A stretch of 64,000 bases of DNA from IMG/VR virus record IMGVR_UViG_3300020045_008999, positions 288,001 through 352,000 of that record; one strand, 5' to 3'. The notes under the pieces are model-generated. The model did no database searches. It was not told the origin of the DNA and was given only the letters and a program-made list of their open reading frames with translations. Of this stretch, positions 29,060-39,972 are shown piece by piece. Origin of the DNA: a virus (Duplodnaviria > Heunggongvirae > Uroviricota > Caudoviricetes). Position numbers and translations under genes: made by a program. Position 1 is the first letter of the stretch; each line of letters starts with the position of its first letter.

Positions 29060-31839
29060 TGGCTTTATTTCATGGACGTTTAAAGGGGAATGGTGGCAAT
29101 GATGGTGCATTAATATTCAAATTGGGCCCATTGTATAATATTTTATTAAAAGATGATAATATAAGTATAGATCCCACTACTGATGCAGAATCACTTGCAA
29201 ATAGGATGGGGATCATTGATAATACAAAATATAATGTTGTCCTTTTAGAAAATAAAAAGATCAATGTCTCATTTGAATTAGTCAATAATAACATTAAGAA
29301 AGCCCAAATGTATTCAGAATCGCTCATTGTAATTAGTGAGCAATTAATTACACTTGGGAATGCTATTACGACAGTTATCACGAACACACTTAGTGCTGAC
29401 AAGTTAATATTTACCTATCAAATTAATATAGCATCATTCGTATCAGACTACGGATATGATAATAAATTAAATTTATTTATAGGCAAAGTAAATAATATAA
29501 TAGCAACAGTATTATCCGAAAATAACATAAATACATCCGTTGTAGAAACACCGACTTCGATTACAAACATACTTAATGGATCTGATGCCAAATATACGAC
29601 CAAATATACGGTTCAATCCGAGCAAGTCGCACAACAGTTAGTACCAAATTCCGATGAAGATCAGATAATTGATGAGTCCATAGACTCAACAACAGTAGAG
29701 AATCCCAACAATAGTATGGGCGATGAGCAAGAAATTGGGAGAGCTGAGTCAACTGGTGAAGATGATATTCAAGGCTCTGATAGCGGTGGGGAACGCGTTC
29801 CGGGGATCACCAATATATTTCCAAATACTTATTATCCCGAAAAAATAGAAATGGGTGTTACTGCACCAGAACAGTCGAAGGGTGAAATCGCACAGGGAAT
29901 TGGTACATTACCATTTATTTGGTACAACGTATATCAAATCTCATATGCTGACATAACTTATTTTCTGTTATCTGATAATGGAATTTGTCCTACAATGAAA
30001 ATTGTTTTCTATGATTCACTAGGAATCATGAGCGATAATGGGATTCCTATAGATGATTCCAAAATAAAAGTTTATATTGATTCAGGTGCAAGTAACTTAA
30101 AGCCAATATTTCTTGAATTTAAAATTTCAAACTTTTCGGTGGTTGATGGACTTTACAATATTCTAGGAGTATTAGATCTTAGTAAATTATATCTTCCAGA
30201 TTTCAAAGCTTATAAAGATAAGAGTAGCTTTGAAGCACTACAAGAAATCGCTAAAGAATTGGGACTCGGATTTAATTCAAATTTGGCCAATACTGATGAT
30301 GCGATGACCTGGGTAAATACGGGAGATAAAGTATATGATTTCATTGACAGTATAGTATCAACCTCTTATAAATCTGATTACTCATTCATGTTAGGTTATA
30401 TAGATTATTACTACAACTACAATTATGTTGATATAGAAGATGAGTTATCCAGAGATATTAGTAATGAACAGGCAGTAACTAGCTTTGGACTAGAACAGGC
30501 CGCTAATGCCCCGACAGAAGATCAGATTGGATCATTGACGTTATCAAACGATACATCGTTCGAGGGAACGAATATGTTTATTGAAAAATATAAAATTATT
30601 AATAATTCAACCAATGTTTCGTTGTTAGAGGGTTATTTAACAAAAACTAAATATTACGACGAAAGTAGTAAAGAATTGTTAGTATTTGATATTGATTCAA
30701 TTTCATCAGAGGGTGGTAAAATTGTTATGAAGAGTGGTGATCAAGATTTTTATAATAAAAATATAAATTTGGTTTATAATGGAAAAATAGATGTTGATAA
30801 TGCTCATAAAAACTATAATTATTCAAACATACAAAATGATAGAAATGTTACTGAATTAAGTAAACTTGCACTGGATACCGTATTGGCAAATCCAAATTAT
30901 AATTTATACAAATTCCAAAAAGTAAAAGTTATAATATCTTCGGAAACTGCAACACCATCACATACTTTAGTAAATGAAAGACTCACCGGTGATTGGTTCA
31001 TAATTGACATAAAGTTCGAATTGATCGGGGCCAGATTTTACCAAAAGGTACTCTTGATTAAACGCGAATTGGAAGCTTTAGCCGGGGAAGAGTATAGGTC
31101 TGAAAATAGTGTATATGGGGAAACTAATGAAAATGGTGAGGGGTCCAATCCAGATAATTTGGACAATACGGATGTAGCAAATGTTGCAGCGAACGCAAGA
31201 TCCCCATTAACAAATAATAGTAAGTTGTCAGATAGGTTAAAACCCATCATAGCGGCGTTTGCATATTGGAAAATTACAAACAAATATTATAAAAAGGCAA
31301 TTTTGGGTAATATTAAAAAAGAATGTAATTTGGTCCCACAATATGAAGATTTATCCGGATGGGCAAATAGTAGTAATGCCAGAATACGACAATATTTTTC
31401 CAGAAGAGTACGTAATTATAGCGAAGCGCAGTTAACGGTTTTGAAGAAAGATTCACCTCGATTTGCGGAGGCTATATATGGTGTAAATTCGGGCATGGGG
31501 TTAGGTAATGATAAACCAGGTGATGCTTGGAAATACCGCGGAGCGGGTTATATCCAACTAACCGGTAAGAGCAATTTCAGAACATGGGGTAAATATGCTA
31601 ATGTTGATTTAGTTGCCAATCCAGGGATATTAATTTCAGATCCATATAAATCAGCAATAGTAGCGGTAGGATTTATAGTAAAACAAATAAAAAATGGGAA
31701 TTTTACTAATCAAAACTCAGCAAATAGAGCAGTGACTCAAATAATTGGTGGTGGTAAACTCAATTTAGATGCCGGTGTTGGTGCTGAAATATTGGCAAGA
31801 GTTAATGATTACTCAGATGACTTTAATAACGTGGTGTAA
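29059..31839 (+). CDS. Baseplate hub-like protein fused to a C-terminal GH19 (chitinase/lysozyme) domain
   Basis: Central S.EALQEIAKELGLGF...DDAM.W...FI..I hub-like segment; C-terminal GN..PGDAWKYRGAGYIQLTGKSNF GH19 signature. Confidence 0.75.
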   Translation: MALFHGRLKGNGGNDGALIFKLGPLYNILLKDDNISIDPTTDAESLANRMGIIDNTKYNVVLLENKKINVSFELVNNNIKKAQMYSESLIVISEQLITLGNAITTVITNTLSADKLIFTYQINIASFVSDYGYDNKLNLFIGKVNNIIATVLSENNINTSVVETPTSITNILNGSDAKYTTKYTVQSEQVAQQLVPNSDEDQIIDESIDSTTVENPNNSMGDEQEIGRAESTGEDDIQGSDSGGERVPGITNIFPNTYYPEKIEMGVTAPEQSKGEIAQGIGTLPFIWYNVYQISYADITYFLLSDNGICPTMKIVFYDSLGIMSDNGIPIDDSKIKVYIDSGASNLKPIFLEFKISNFSVVDGLYNILGVLDLSKLYLPDFKAYKDKSSFEALQEIAKELGLGFNSNLANTDDAMTWVNTGDKVYDFIDSIVSTSYKSDYSFMLGYIDYYYNYNYVDIEDELSRDISNEQAVTSFGLEQAANAPTEDQIGSLTLSNDTSFEGTNMFIEKYKIINNSTNVSLLEGYLTKTKYYDESSKELLVFDIDSISSEGGKIVMKSGDQDFYNKNINLVYNGKIDVDNAHKNYNYSNIQNDRNVTELSKLALDTVLANPNYNLYKFQKVKVIISSETATPSHTLVNERLTGDWFIIDIKFELIGARFYQKVLLIKRELEALAGEEYRSENSVYGETNENGEGSNPDNLDNTDVANVAANARSPLTNNSKLSDRLKPIIAAFAYWKITNKYYKKAILGNIKKECNLVPQYEDLSGWANSSNARIRQYFSRRVRNYSEAQLTVLKKDSPRFAEAIYGVNSGMGLGNDKPGDAWKYRGAGYIQLTGKSNFRTWGKYANVDLVANPGILISDPYKSAIVAVGFIVKQIKNGNFTNQNSANRAVTQIIGGGKLNLDAGVGAEILARVNDYSDDFNNVV

Positions 31840-31860
31840 TCATAAATTAATATATAGTGT

Positions 31861-33429
31861 ATGGCTAATATAGGTAAACAGATAGTAGATGTAAATGGTA
31901 AGGTAACCCAGGTTACCAATACAATGACTGGTGGTAAAAATAAATACAAAATTGCGACTAGTGATCGATTTGTACCGGCAGATCTATACCTAGTACCTGA
32001 CGTACTGGGGTCAACTGGTATGCCGATTGAATATGGTAACACTATCCTCCTAAATGGGACCCCAGTTTCAACTACGGAACACATGGATAAGCGTAAAGAA
32101 ATACTCACATCATTTGATGATCAAGAGACGATAGGGTTTGTTTACGGTCTAAATCAGAGTGTGATTGACGCAGCGACCAGCGATTCCTCAGGTAAAACTA
32201 TTAATCCGGATCTATCAACTATAAATATGGGTTCATTCATTTCTTCATTAGACGATAATGAAGACCCTACTATATTAGGATTTGATATTATAATAAAGGA
32301 AGTTACTTCACCATTATTCAATGGCTCGGTTGAGGATTTCCTTATACATCCAGATAATTCCGGAAATGCCGAGTTACTGGCATGTCTTGATACTATATCA
32401 GATTTCAAAGAAGCTTTTTTTAAATATTTTAAAAGTGATGTCAATGGTAATGCCAAAGTACACTATTTGAAAAAAATAAGCGGTATTGATGCATTACATG
32501 CTGAAAATACAAATAGTGATTATGGGAAATCATTTGTTAAATATGGTGAGGATATGATCACATTAAGTCTAAGTGAAGATGTTACCCAAAACATGGGTTA
32601 TTTGAGTTCATTATATAAAATGTTATCTTGGTCGAGGGTCCGTGGTAAACAAAAAATCCCAGCAAATTTATTAAGATTTGAAGCTGATATAGTAATTACT
32701 GAGGTACGTAACTTCAACAGAATTGTGAAAAATGATGTTGGGTTGTTGTCATCATTAGCGGACCATATTTCCAAATACGTTTATACATTATATGATTGTC
32801 AATTCTTTTTTGGTATGCCACATGGTGCTGAATTGGATATGGGTGATAAAAATGTAATTGCCGGATTTGATATTAAATTCGATTACAAATTTTCAACAAT
32901 GAAATTTGAAAAATATACATACGATAAACTATCAACGGTAGGTAATCGCCGAATGAATATTGATATTATAAACAATGCATATGTGGACATAAATACTCTA
33001 GAACCTGGCGATACTAATAATTCACAAATAAATGCGGTTGGTACAATTGATCACAAACGTCCTATTAAAAATTACAATGAAAACGGGCTTATATTCAGTC
33101 CAGCAACCAAACCCGTGGTTGAAGTTGATCCATCAGATTTAATTCTGAATGAAAAATTATCACAAAAAGCCAAAATCCAAAATGCTTTTAGTAAACTGGG
33201 CGAAGATATAGTAAAAGCAGCAGAGGCGGATGCGCAGAGGGCAACGCTTTCTCAATTTAGATTGATAAATAAAACAATTGATAATATCCGAAGCAAGATA
33301 CCATATGGTAGTAAAATGAGCGAACCAACTAATGTATATACCGGAACCAACCCATCATTCAAAGGTGATGCGATAAATGGGGTCCGTGATTTTGTTGGCA
33401 CTTCATTAAAAAGTTTTTTTGATAAATAA
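31861..33429 (+). CDS. Putative tail/baseplate structural protein
   Basis: Late motif 31848-31856; lies between the hub and gp5-like genes. Confidence 0.5.
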   Translation: MANIGKQIVDVNGKVTQVTNTMTGGKNKYKIATSDRFVPADLYLVPDVLGSTGMPIEYGNTILLNGTPVSTTEHMDKRKEILTSFDDQETIGFVYGLNQSVIDAATSDSSGKTINPDLSTINMGSFISSLDDNEDPTILGFDIIIKEVTSPLFNGSVEDFLIHPDNSGNAELLACLDTISDFKEAFFKYFKSDVNGNAKVHYLKKISGIDALHAENTNSDYGKSFVKYGEDMITLSLSEDVTQNMGYLSSLYKMLSWSRVRGKQKIPANLLRFEADIVITEVRNFNRIVKNDVGLLSSLADHISKYVYTLYDCQFFFGMPHGAELDMGDKNVIAGFDIKFDYKFSTMKFEKYTYDKLSTVGNRRMNIDIINNAYVDINTLEPGDTNNSQINAVGTIDHKRPIKNYNENGLIFSPATKPVVEVDPSDLILNEKLSQKAKIQNAFSKLGEDIVKAAEADAQRATLSQFRLINKTIDNIRSKIPYGSKMSEPTNVYTGTNPSFKGDAINGVRDFVGTSLKSFFDK

Positions 33430-34931
33430 TGAATAGGGAAGAACTAAAGAATAAGGTATTTGTTGGCATAGTTGAAGATAATATGGATGATAAACGACTT
33501 GGTAGAATACGTGCCAGGGTAATTAATGTTTATGAGAATATTGATACTGACTGTATTCCGTGGGCAACCCCTTGGAAAGATTTAAATGGTAATGAATTTA
33601 ACGTTCCGGAAATTGGTAAAGTAGTGTCAATTGTATTTGATCAAGGTAACCCATATAAACCGGAATACATATTCGCGGAACATTATAACGCTAATTTAGA
33701 AAATAAACTATCTGCCTTGTCAGATGCGGGATACAAATCTATGAAGGCAGTAATGTTCGATCATAAAACTCAAATTTACTCAAACGATGATGAGGGCTTG
33801 AAGATTGATTACAAATTTAACGCTATTAACATAAAAGATAGTTCCATCAATATGAATCTTAAAGATAATGAATCAATGTTAAATTTAGGTGATGAAACTG
33901 CTGGACAACAAGCTATGTTGGGTAATCATTGGTTAGACTGGTTTGATGAATTAGTAGCACAACTATTAGGTAGTGGTGGTGGGCCATTTTTAGGTAATTT
34001 ACAGGCCCCGGTTATACCACATCCTGGCTTGATCAATGTTTTGCAGAAATATAAAACATTACGCGATGAAAAATTCCTATCACAGCACATTAATTTGGTA
34101 GATAATAATAAAGTTTCAACAGTGAGGATGGATGAGCGGTTCAGTGAGGGGATTCTTGGGGATTCTTGGAGTGCTACTAATATGTCTAATAATTTAAGTT
34201 CAATGGAGGCTGTAGATTATGGTCCAAGTGATAGTGATAAAACGGACTATGATCCAAATTATGTCGCACCATTAACAGATGGTACACCGGATTCAATAAT
34301 TCCGGAAAATAAAAATCCACTAACAAGTAGTAATTCACAACAAATTGCTGAAAAATTAGTTCGTTTTTTGAAAAGTAAAAACTATAAAGTATACGACCAG
34401 GTAGGTGTTTTAAACATCGTTGGAATGCGTAATAAACCCAATGGTACAGTCAGTAATAAATTTGATGATATAATGTATGTATTTTTCAAAAACAATACCG
34501 GTAAATGGACTATAATGGAATATGCTATCACTACTGTGCCTGGATTCAGACCCAATAGTAGAAGTTTGCCTAATGGTGTAGCAGTATTGAAATTAGGTCA
34601 ATATGTAGAACAATACAAGATAGGTTATCATCAAAATAAAAGTGATCACAAGTGCTTGAAATTTGCAAATAGTGTAGTACATAGAAATGATGTAACCAAT
34701 AAATATAATTACAATGCAAAAATACAAAAAGGTAGTTTTGGTATTAATATACACCGTTCTAATAAAAGTGGTAGTGGTGTAAGTGTTAATAACTGGAGTG
34801 AGGGATGTCAAGTATTTAGAATTGCATCCCAATTTAATCAGTTTATGAATTTATGCACAAAGCAATCAAAAACGAAAAAAACATTCACATACACATTGTG
34901 TAGCTTTATTGAATTCCAAGCATTTAAATAA
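33429..34931 (+). CDS. gp5-like baseplate spike (OB-fold) with C-terminal L,D-transpeptidase-like His/Cys domain
   Basis: GIVEDNMD..RLGRIRARV...PWA.P...VPEIG.VV.I.F is the gp5/VgrG OB fold; C-terminal GINIHRS...NWSEGCQV (H...SxGC). Confidence 0.75.
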   Translation: MNREELKNKVFVGIVEDNMDDKRLGRIRARVINVYENIDTDCIPWATPWKDLNGNEFNVPEIGKVVSIVFDQGNPYKPEYIFAEHYNANLENKLSALSDAGYKSMKAVMFDHKTQIYSNDDEGLKIDYKFNAINIKDSSINMNLKDNESMLNLGDETAGQQAMLGNHWLDWFDELVAQLLGSGGGPFLGNLQAPVIPHPGLINVLQKYKTLRDEKFLSQHINLVDNNKVSTVRMDERFSEGILGDSWSATNMSNNLSSMEAVDYGPSDSDKTDYDPNYVAPLTDGTPDSIIPENKNPLTSSNSQQIAEKLVRFLKSKNYKVYDQVGVLNIVGMRNKPNGTVSNKFDDIMYVFFKNNTGKWTIMEYAITTVPGFRPNSRSLPNGVAVLKLGQYVEQYKIGYHQNKSDHKCLKFANSVVHRNDVTNKYNYNAKIQKGSFGINIHRSNKSGSGVSVNNWSEGCQVFRIASQFNQFMNLCTKQSKTKKTFTYTLCSFIEFQAFK

Positions 34932-34935
34932 AAAT

Positions 34936-35124
34936 CTAAAAACGGATCATCCCATCCGAATATTCTTTCCGAAATTTTTATATGTTTGATAAACAATTTT
35001 TACCAAAATTACAATCATTCAACGGATTATTAATAAATTCCATGGTGTCCTCCAGTGTGTATAGCTTAGTATCTAAAAAATTACGTACACTAAATAAGTC
35101 ATGTGGCATAAATCTCCATAACAT
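34936..35124 (-). pseudogene. Possible short gene interrupted by an in-frame stop
   Basis: MLWRFMPHDLFSVRNFLDTKLYTLEDTMEFINN...CLSNI*KFRKEYSDGMIRF*; fills an otherwise empty gap; TAA at 34978-34980. Confidence 0.3.
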
Positions 35125-35161
35125 ACAATAATGTACTTAGATTTTTTGATTAATGTAAGAA

Positions 35162-35410
35162 TTATATCTCACCATTGAATATCCAATATCCTGAAGACAT
35201 TATCAACGGTGATTGATTTTCAATGTTTCTAGCCATTATTTTTGCTTGGTAATATTTGTACATTTCATATTCAACTCGAAATACTTCACCCGATCCTACC
35301 AGAATTTCATCAAAGCTATCAAATTTGTCTTTCAAATTTTGAATTACTGATTCGACTATCTCTGGATCATGTATTTCATCTAGGCCATTTTTTAGAATGA
35401 GTTCTTTCAT
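35162..35410 (-). CDS. Hypothetical protein
   Basis: ORF in a tightly packed operon downstream of the helicase. Confidence 0.5.
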   Translation of the reverse strand: MKELILKNGLDEIHDPEIVESVIQNLKDKFDSFDEILVGSGEVFRVEYEMYKYYQAKIMARNIENQSPLIMSSGYWIFNGEI

Positions 35411-35616
35411 TATTGTGGATTTGGAACTTGTCTAAACTTAGAACTATGATAACAACGCCCAATAGCTCTACCGATTGTTTTACTGTCCTTAGTATTAAAA
35501 CTAATTTTCAATGCGCCGAAACTATAAGTTGATTCGTAATTAACATTTGGATTTAGTAATATAACTTGTGTAAATAGCCCTAATTCAGTTATTCCTTTGA
35601 AAAATAAAGTCTTCAT
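35410..35616 (-). CDS. Hypothetical protein
   Basis: ORF with overlapping stop/start. Confidence 0.45.
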   Translation of the reverse strand: MKTLFFKGITELGLFTQVILLNPNVNYESTYSFGALKISFNTKDSKTIGRAIGRCYHSSKFRQVPNPQ

Positions 35617-35628
35617 GGTGATGATGTA

Positions 35629-35931
35629 TTAAATTAATTCAATTAAGTATGGGTTTTGGCTGTCTGATTCTTTGAATAGATATAAAAAGGCATCTTTATC
35701 ACAGAATATATTCCCTTCCGATTGTGTTTCTTCTGCAAGATCTTCATCGTAGTCATGTGGTGTTATTCGAACAATGCCGCATGATAGGCATTCGAACAGA
35801 ATATAGTCATGTGGAGAATTAAAAGTGATTTCCACTTCTTCTTGATCCAATGCATCAAAACATGCTGATATAATATCTTTACTTATCATAATACTTTTTT
35901 TATTAGGACAAATGTAAGCATTTATATCCAC
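35629..35931 (-). CDS. Hypothetical acidic protein
   Basis: ORF starting 2 nt after the helicase stop. Confidence 0.5.
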   Translation of the reverse strand: MDINAYICPNKKSIMISKDIISACFDALDQEEVEITFNSPHDYILFECLSCGIVRITPHDYDEDLAEETQSEGNIFCDKDAFLYLFKESDSQNPYLIELI

Positions 35932-35933
35932 AA

Positions 35934-37568
35934 TTACAAATTTATTTTGGTTATTTTATATGGATATTTTTTATTTATGTATATTTTTTCTCGTTCCAAA
36001 AACTGTCGATATAATATATTTGTCATATCGACCGGATTAAAGACGTCAACAATGTCGAATATATTAGCAACTTTTTTACCGGGTGATAGTCGCAATGCTC
36101 TACCACAACTCTGTAAAATAACCACCGGGGACTTGAAACTATCGCAGAATATAACATTCTCTATAGCATTAACTGATATACCAGTACTCATACATGCAAA
36201 TGTTCCAAAGCAAACCTGTTTAATACCAGTAGTATCGTCTAACTTTTTTAGTATTTCATTTCTTTTGGCATTTTTCACACCACCATCAATATAATGATAA
36301 TCAATATTTTCCAAATGTTCAGACATATATTTTAGTAATTTTTGTCCGTGTTCGATGTTATGAAATAATATTAGGGTGTTCCCTGTACATTTATCAACTA
36401 ACTTTTTGATAAATTCGTGCCGCTTTGTGGAATTCTGTACATATTCCTTTTCAAATTGGAATACATCTTTACCGTTACCACTTTTCTTTATCCATTTCAT
36501 ACGGTCATCAAAATCTTTATCATTGTGATTCAATATGACTACCTTCACATCCATTGGGGTGATTGTCCCCAATTTAACCAATTCAGATGCTTCGACTTGC
36601 GTAACTTTAGGACCTAATATTGATTGTATTGTTAAAATTTCTAAACTATCATCATATGGAAATGTTCCGGAAACCCCAAAACGATTATATGCATGTTTGA
36701 ATGTTCGTTTCAAAATCTTTTTGATTGTGGTACTTTTTGATTGATGTGCCTCATCTACTACAACGGTATGAAATTGGTGAAAAAATTTAGCCGGGTAGTT
36801 GTCTAATGATTGGTAACATGCAATGAATACGTTTGGTTGATTAGGTCCCTTGTATGATCTGGGTTTATCACTCATTATTTCTTCCATCCGCAATGCGCAT
36901 GGTGCATAGCTTGGATGGTCTTTATGGATTTCACTGAAATCATTTTGCTTGAAATCAATAAATTCTTCATACTGTTCCACAATGTTCTCAGAATAGTTGA
37001 AGGTGAATAATCCTTCATAAAATTGCGACACTAAAGTGATTGAAGGGACTACTATGAGTATTTTAGCACTAGGGTCGACGTGTTTAAGTGTGTAAAAATA
37101 CACAATTGATATTATGAGGGATTTACCACCAGATGTAGCTACTTCGGCTAAACAATAGCGATTTCGTAGTACTTTATAAGCTGTTGCAATTTGATAATCG
37201 TATGGCATAAATGGTACCCACTCACCTAGTTTGTTTCTAACCTTATGGTTTTTAAAAAAATCATTACAAAAATCTGTTACACTTTCAAGTGTAACGTCTC
37301 TATTCAATGGAAAATCTTCTTTATTTTCTATGTCAAATTTCGCACCAATGGTCCTACATGCCAAAGCACATTCTTTCCATAGTCCCATATTTACTTGACC
37401 GTTATCAAAATGGCTCTCTTCACCATTCCAAACTTTCATTTTATATGGCATCATAAATTGATACCCTTTAACCTTTCTGGTTAGGTGTAATTTCAGTTGA
37501 TGGTATTCAATTCTAGATGCTTCACTAACTATTAATTTCTCAGTTTCTTTATCATATCTTAATTTCAA
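35934..37568 (-). CDS. uvsW: UvsW-like SF2 DNA helicase
   Basis: PYDYQ Q-motif, ATSGGKS, DEAH, GVSGT, STGISV and QSCGRALR motifs; probable TTG start at 37568. Confidence 0.85.
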   Translation of the reverse strand: MKLRYDKETEKLIVSEASRIEYHQLKLHLTRKVKGYQFMMPYKMKVWNGEESHFDNGQVNMGLWKECALACRTIGAKFDIENKEDFPLNRDVTLESVTDFCNDFFKNHKVRNKLGEWVPFMPYDYQIATAYKVLRNRYCLAEVATSGGKSLIISIVYFYTLKHVDPSAKILIVVPSITLVSQFYEGLFTFNYSENIVEQYEEFIDFKQNDFSEIHKDHPSYAPCALRMEEIMSDKPRSYKGPNQPNVFIACYQSLDNYPAKFFHQFHTVVVDEAHQSKSTTIKKILKRTFKHAYNRFGVSGTFPYDDSLEILTIQSILGPKVTQVEASELVKLGTITPMDVKVVILNHNDKDFDDRMKWIKKSGNGKDVFQFEKEYVQNSTKRHEFIKKLVDKCTGNTLILFHNIEHGQKLLKYMSEHLENIDYHYIDGGVKNAKRNEILKKLDDTTGIKQVCFGTFACMSTGISVNAIENVIFCDSFKSPVVILQSCGRALRLSPGKKVANIFDIVDVFNPVDMTNILYRQFLEREKIYINKKYPYKITKINL

Positions 37569-37664
37569 AATGTTATACTTATTTATACTTATATATAAAA
37601 AAACAACACTCTTGTTTGAGGGGAGACAATACATTTTTATATATAAACGAAAATAAATTATATT

Positions 37665-37994
37665 ATGAGTAAATTGGGAAATTTTTTCAAAACTTTGGTA
37701 TCGAATTTCACTGGAAATAAGTCAAACGAAAGTACAAAAACCGAGGCGGTGATTCAGTTAATACAAGATGGTAAAGCATCATTGGATATGACTACAATGT
37801 TACCGGAATCAGAACAATTATGCAATTGTGGAAAAAATCTAGAAGTGTGTTGTAAAACGTTTGATCCTAATTCCGAGGTCATTGTTAAAACACCAAAACC
37901 TAGAAAACCAAGGGCTAAAAAGGAAGCTGATTCATCAGAAGTGAAATCTACAAAACCAAAAAAATCTACAAAACCAAAAAAAGATAAGGAATAA
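37665..37994 (+). CDS. Small late protein with Cys cluster and Lys-rich histone-like tail
   Basis: CNC...CC; KPRKPRAKK and KSTKPK x2 (18-bp DNA tandem duplication ~37944-37979); TTATATATA at 37637-37645. Confidence 0.55.
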   Translation: MSKLGNFFKTLVSNFTGNKSNESTKTEAVIQLIQDGKASLDMTTMLPESEQLCNCGKNLEVCCKTFDPNSEVIVKTPKPRKPRAKKEADSSEVKSTKPKKSTKPKKDKE

Positions 37995-38008
37995 TCCTTA
38001 TCTTTTTT
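37977..38008. terminator. Bidirectional intrinsic terminator
   Basis: aaaaaagataagga-ataa-tccttatctttttt between convergent genes. Confidence 0.8.
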
Positions 38009-38014
38009 ATTTTA

Positions 38015-38659
38015 TTATTTACGTTTTATCAAAATTTCGTCTATTATACCATATTCAAATGTTTCCTTTGCAGTCATCCAGTAATCACGTTCCATATCAT
38101 TCGCAACCTTATTGAAGTCCAAACCAGTGTTTTCCGCGATCATTTCGGTCAATTCACGCTTTATTAATAGAATCTGTTTTGTCTCAATTTCTAGGTCAGT
38201 TGCTTGGGAATACCCACTATATGACAACGGTTGGTGGATCATTGTTCTTGAACGTTTCAATGACTTACGTTTACCTTTAGTACCCGCACTTAAAATGACT
38301 GCTGCCATGGATGCTGCCAATCCAGTATTGATAGTAACTATATCTGGTCGGATGTATTCCATTGTATCTATCAACCCATACCCGGCATAAACACTTCCAC
38401 CACCAGAATTGATATACATGGTAATGTCTTTATTGGCATCTAAGCCTTCTAAATACAATAACTGGGCCTTGATGAGCTCACAGTTATAATCACCAATATC
38501 CCCATTTAAAAACACTATTCTTTCAGATAATAATATAGAATACAAATCAATTGGTGTGCTATGGTCATCCTCGGATAACACATATGGTGTCATTGATTTA
38601 ATAGGCTTAGTAGTAGTTTTAGCCCTTAATCCAAACACTGGTGTATTTTTCTTTTTCAT
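38015..38659 (-). CDS. clpP: ATP-dependent Clp protease proteolytic subunit
   Basis: ERIVFL, YINSGGGSV, GLAASMAA (catalytic Ser), MIHQP (His) and ERDYWM (Asp). Confidence 0.93.
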   Translation of the reverse strand: MKKKNTPVFGLRAKTTTKPIKSMTPYVLSEDDHSTPIDLYSILLSERIVFLNGDIGDYNCELIKAQLLYLEGLDANKDITMYINSGGGSVYAGYGLIDTMEYIRPDIVTINTGLAASMAAVILSAGTKGKRKSLKRSRTMIHQPLSYSGYSQATDLEIETKQILLIKRELTEMIAENTGLDFNKVANDMERDYWMTAKETFEYGIIDEILIKRK

Positions 38660-38732
38660 AATAACTATATTTATAAGTTTTACCATTTTCGGGATTAAAA
38701 GTTTAATATATAATAAAAATAAAGATTATAAT

Positions 38733-39032
38733 ATGAAAACAACAATTGAAATTAATGGTTTCGAAATTGTTATATCTGAACAAGAAGGTGCTGTAGTAGT
38801 ATCGGCAATTAAGGGAGATGAAACAGTTGAGGAATTCACATTAGAAATCGAGGATGTACAAGATGCACCTGATGCAGAGGGTAGTGAAGACCTTGTAGAT
38901 TTCGCACAAGAAGAAGGTGATTTTAGCCAAGCACAGGCACAAGCACAAATTCAAGGAATTCCTCAGACACAAGGGGAAGATGATGAAGTTAAATTGGAAT
39001 CGTTCAATTCTTTTATTGAGAAAAGAAAATAA
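38733..39032 (+). CDS. Small acidic late protein
   Basis: Start MKTTIEING after TAATATATA (38704-38712); ends KLESFNSFIEKRK. Confidence 0.6.
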   Translation: MKTTIEINGFEIVISEQEGAVVVSAIKGDETVEEFTLEIEDVQDAPDAEGSEDLVDFAQEEGDFSQAQAQAQIQGIPQTQGEDDEVKLESFNSFIEKRK

Positions 39033-39033
39033 C

Positions 39034-39064
39034 AAAATGGGATTAGTGATAATCCCATTTTTTT
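39034..39064 (+). terminator. Intrinsic terminator
   Basis: aaaatgggatta-gtga-taatcccattttttt. Confidence 0.75.
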
Positions 39065-39091
39065 ATTGTAAGTTTGTTTAAAATTTTTTAT

Positions 39092-39943
39092 ATGGAAATT
39101 AAAATAGACAAACTATCATATTATTGTTTTGATTTTGACGATAATTTACTTACCATGCCCACGCTAATTGGTGCAGAAATTTATACTGATGGTATTTGGG
39201 TGCCTCATAAAATATCCACTGGTAAATTTGCATTAATTCGAAACAATCAAGATAATTGGAGATTGTCTAGTGACCCCTTTTCAGAATTCAGTGATAATGG
39301 TAAGCGGGGAAATGATGCTTTCATAGAAGATTTAATAGTTGCGATCGGTGGAAGCAAATATCCAGTGAGTCCATTGTTCAGAGCGTCCCGTTCTTGGGAT
39401 AAATTCATAGAAGCTATATTAGATGCCTCGGTAATAAGCATTATAACTGCAAGAGGACATAAAGCGGAAACATTACGACGTGGTGTCGAATGGGTTATTG
39501 ATAATTATTTGTTAGAACCCGAACGCATTATCATAATTGAAAATAGTAAAAAGTATTATGACGTATTCAACACATCCTTAATTGAACATGGTGACGATCG
39601 GGATGAAATAACAAATTCAAATAATCGGTATATTAGTAAGTGGTTAGATGTGTGTGGGTTTTATGGGGTGTCTAATATAGATTTTATAAATAAGCACAAA
39701 ACATCAGGGGCCGAATCACCCGAAATTGGTAAGGAAATTGCATTAAAAGAATTTATACATCGTTGTAAAAAATACGCAGACCAACTAGGCTTTGGATTTG
39801 AAGCTGGTATGTCAGATGATGATATGGGTAATTTATTACACATGAAGACGGTTCTGTCGGAATTAAAAAGTATGTATCCCGATGGAAAATTTAGCTTAAT
39901 AGATACATCAGGTGGTGGATATTCCAAAACTATTATTGAATAA
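39092..39943 (+). CDS. HAD-superfamily phosphatase
   Basis: FDFDDNL (motif I), ITARGH (II), K (III), SDDD (IV); TAAGTTTG host-type element at 39069-39076. Confidence 0.75.
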   Translation: MEIKIDKLSYYCFDFDDNLLTMPTLIGAEIYTDGIWVPHKISTGKFALIRNNQDNWRLSSDPFSEFSDNGKRGNDAFIEDLIVAIGGSKYPVSPLFRASRSWDKFIEAILDASVISIITARGHKAETLRRGVEWVIDNYLLEPERIIIIENSKKYYDVFNTSLIEHGDDRDEITNSNNRYISKWLDVCGFYGVSNIDFINKHKTSGAESPEIGKEIALKEFIHRCKKYADQLGFGFEAGMSDDDMGNLLHMKTVLSELKSMYPDGKFSLIDTSGGGYSKTIIE

Positions 39944-39972
39944 AAAAACCCCACTATATAGTGGGGTTTTTT
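39942..39972. terminator. Bidirectional intrinsic terminator
   Basis: Palindrome aaaaaaccccacta-ta-tagtggggtttttt. Confidence 0.8.
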
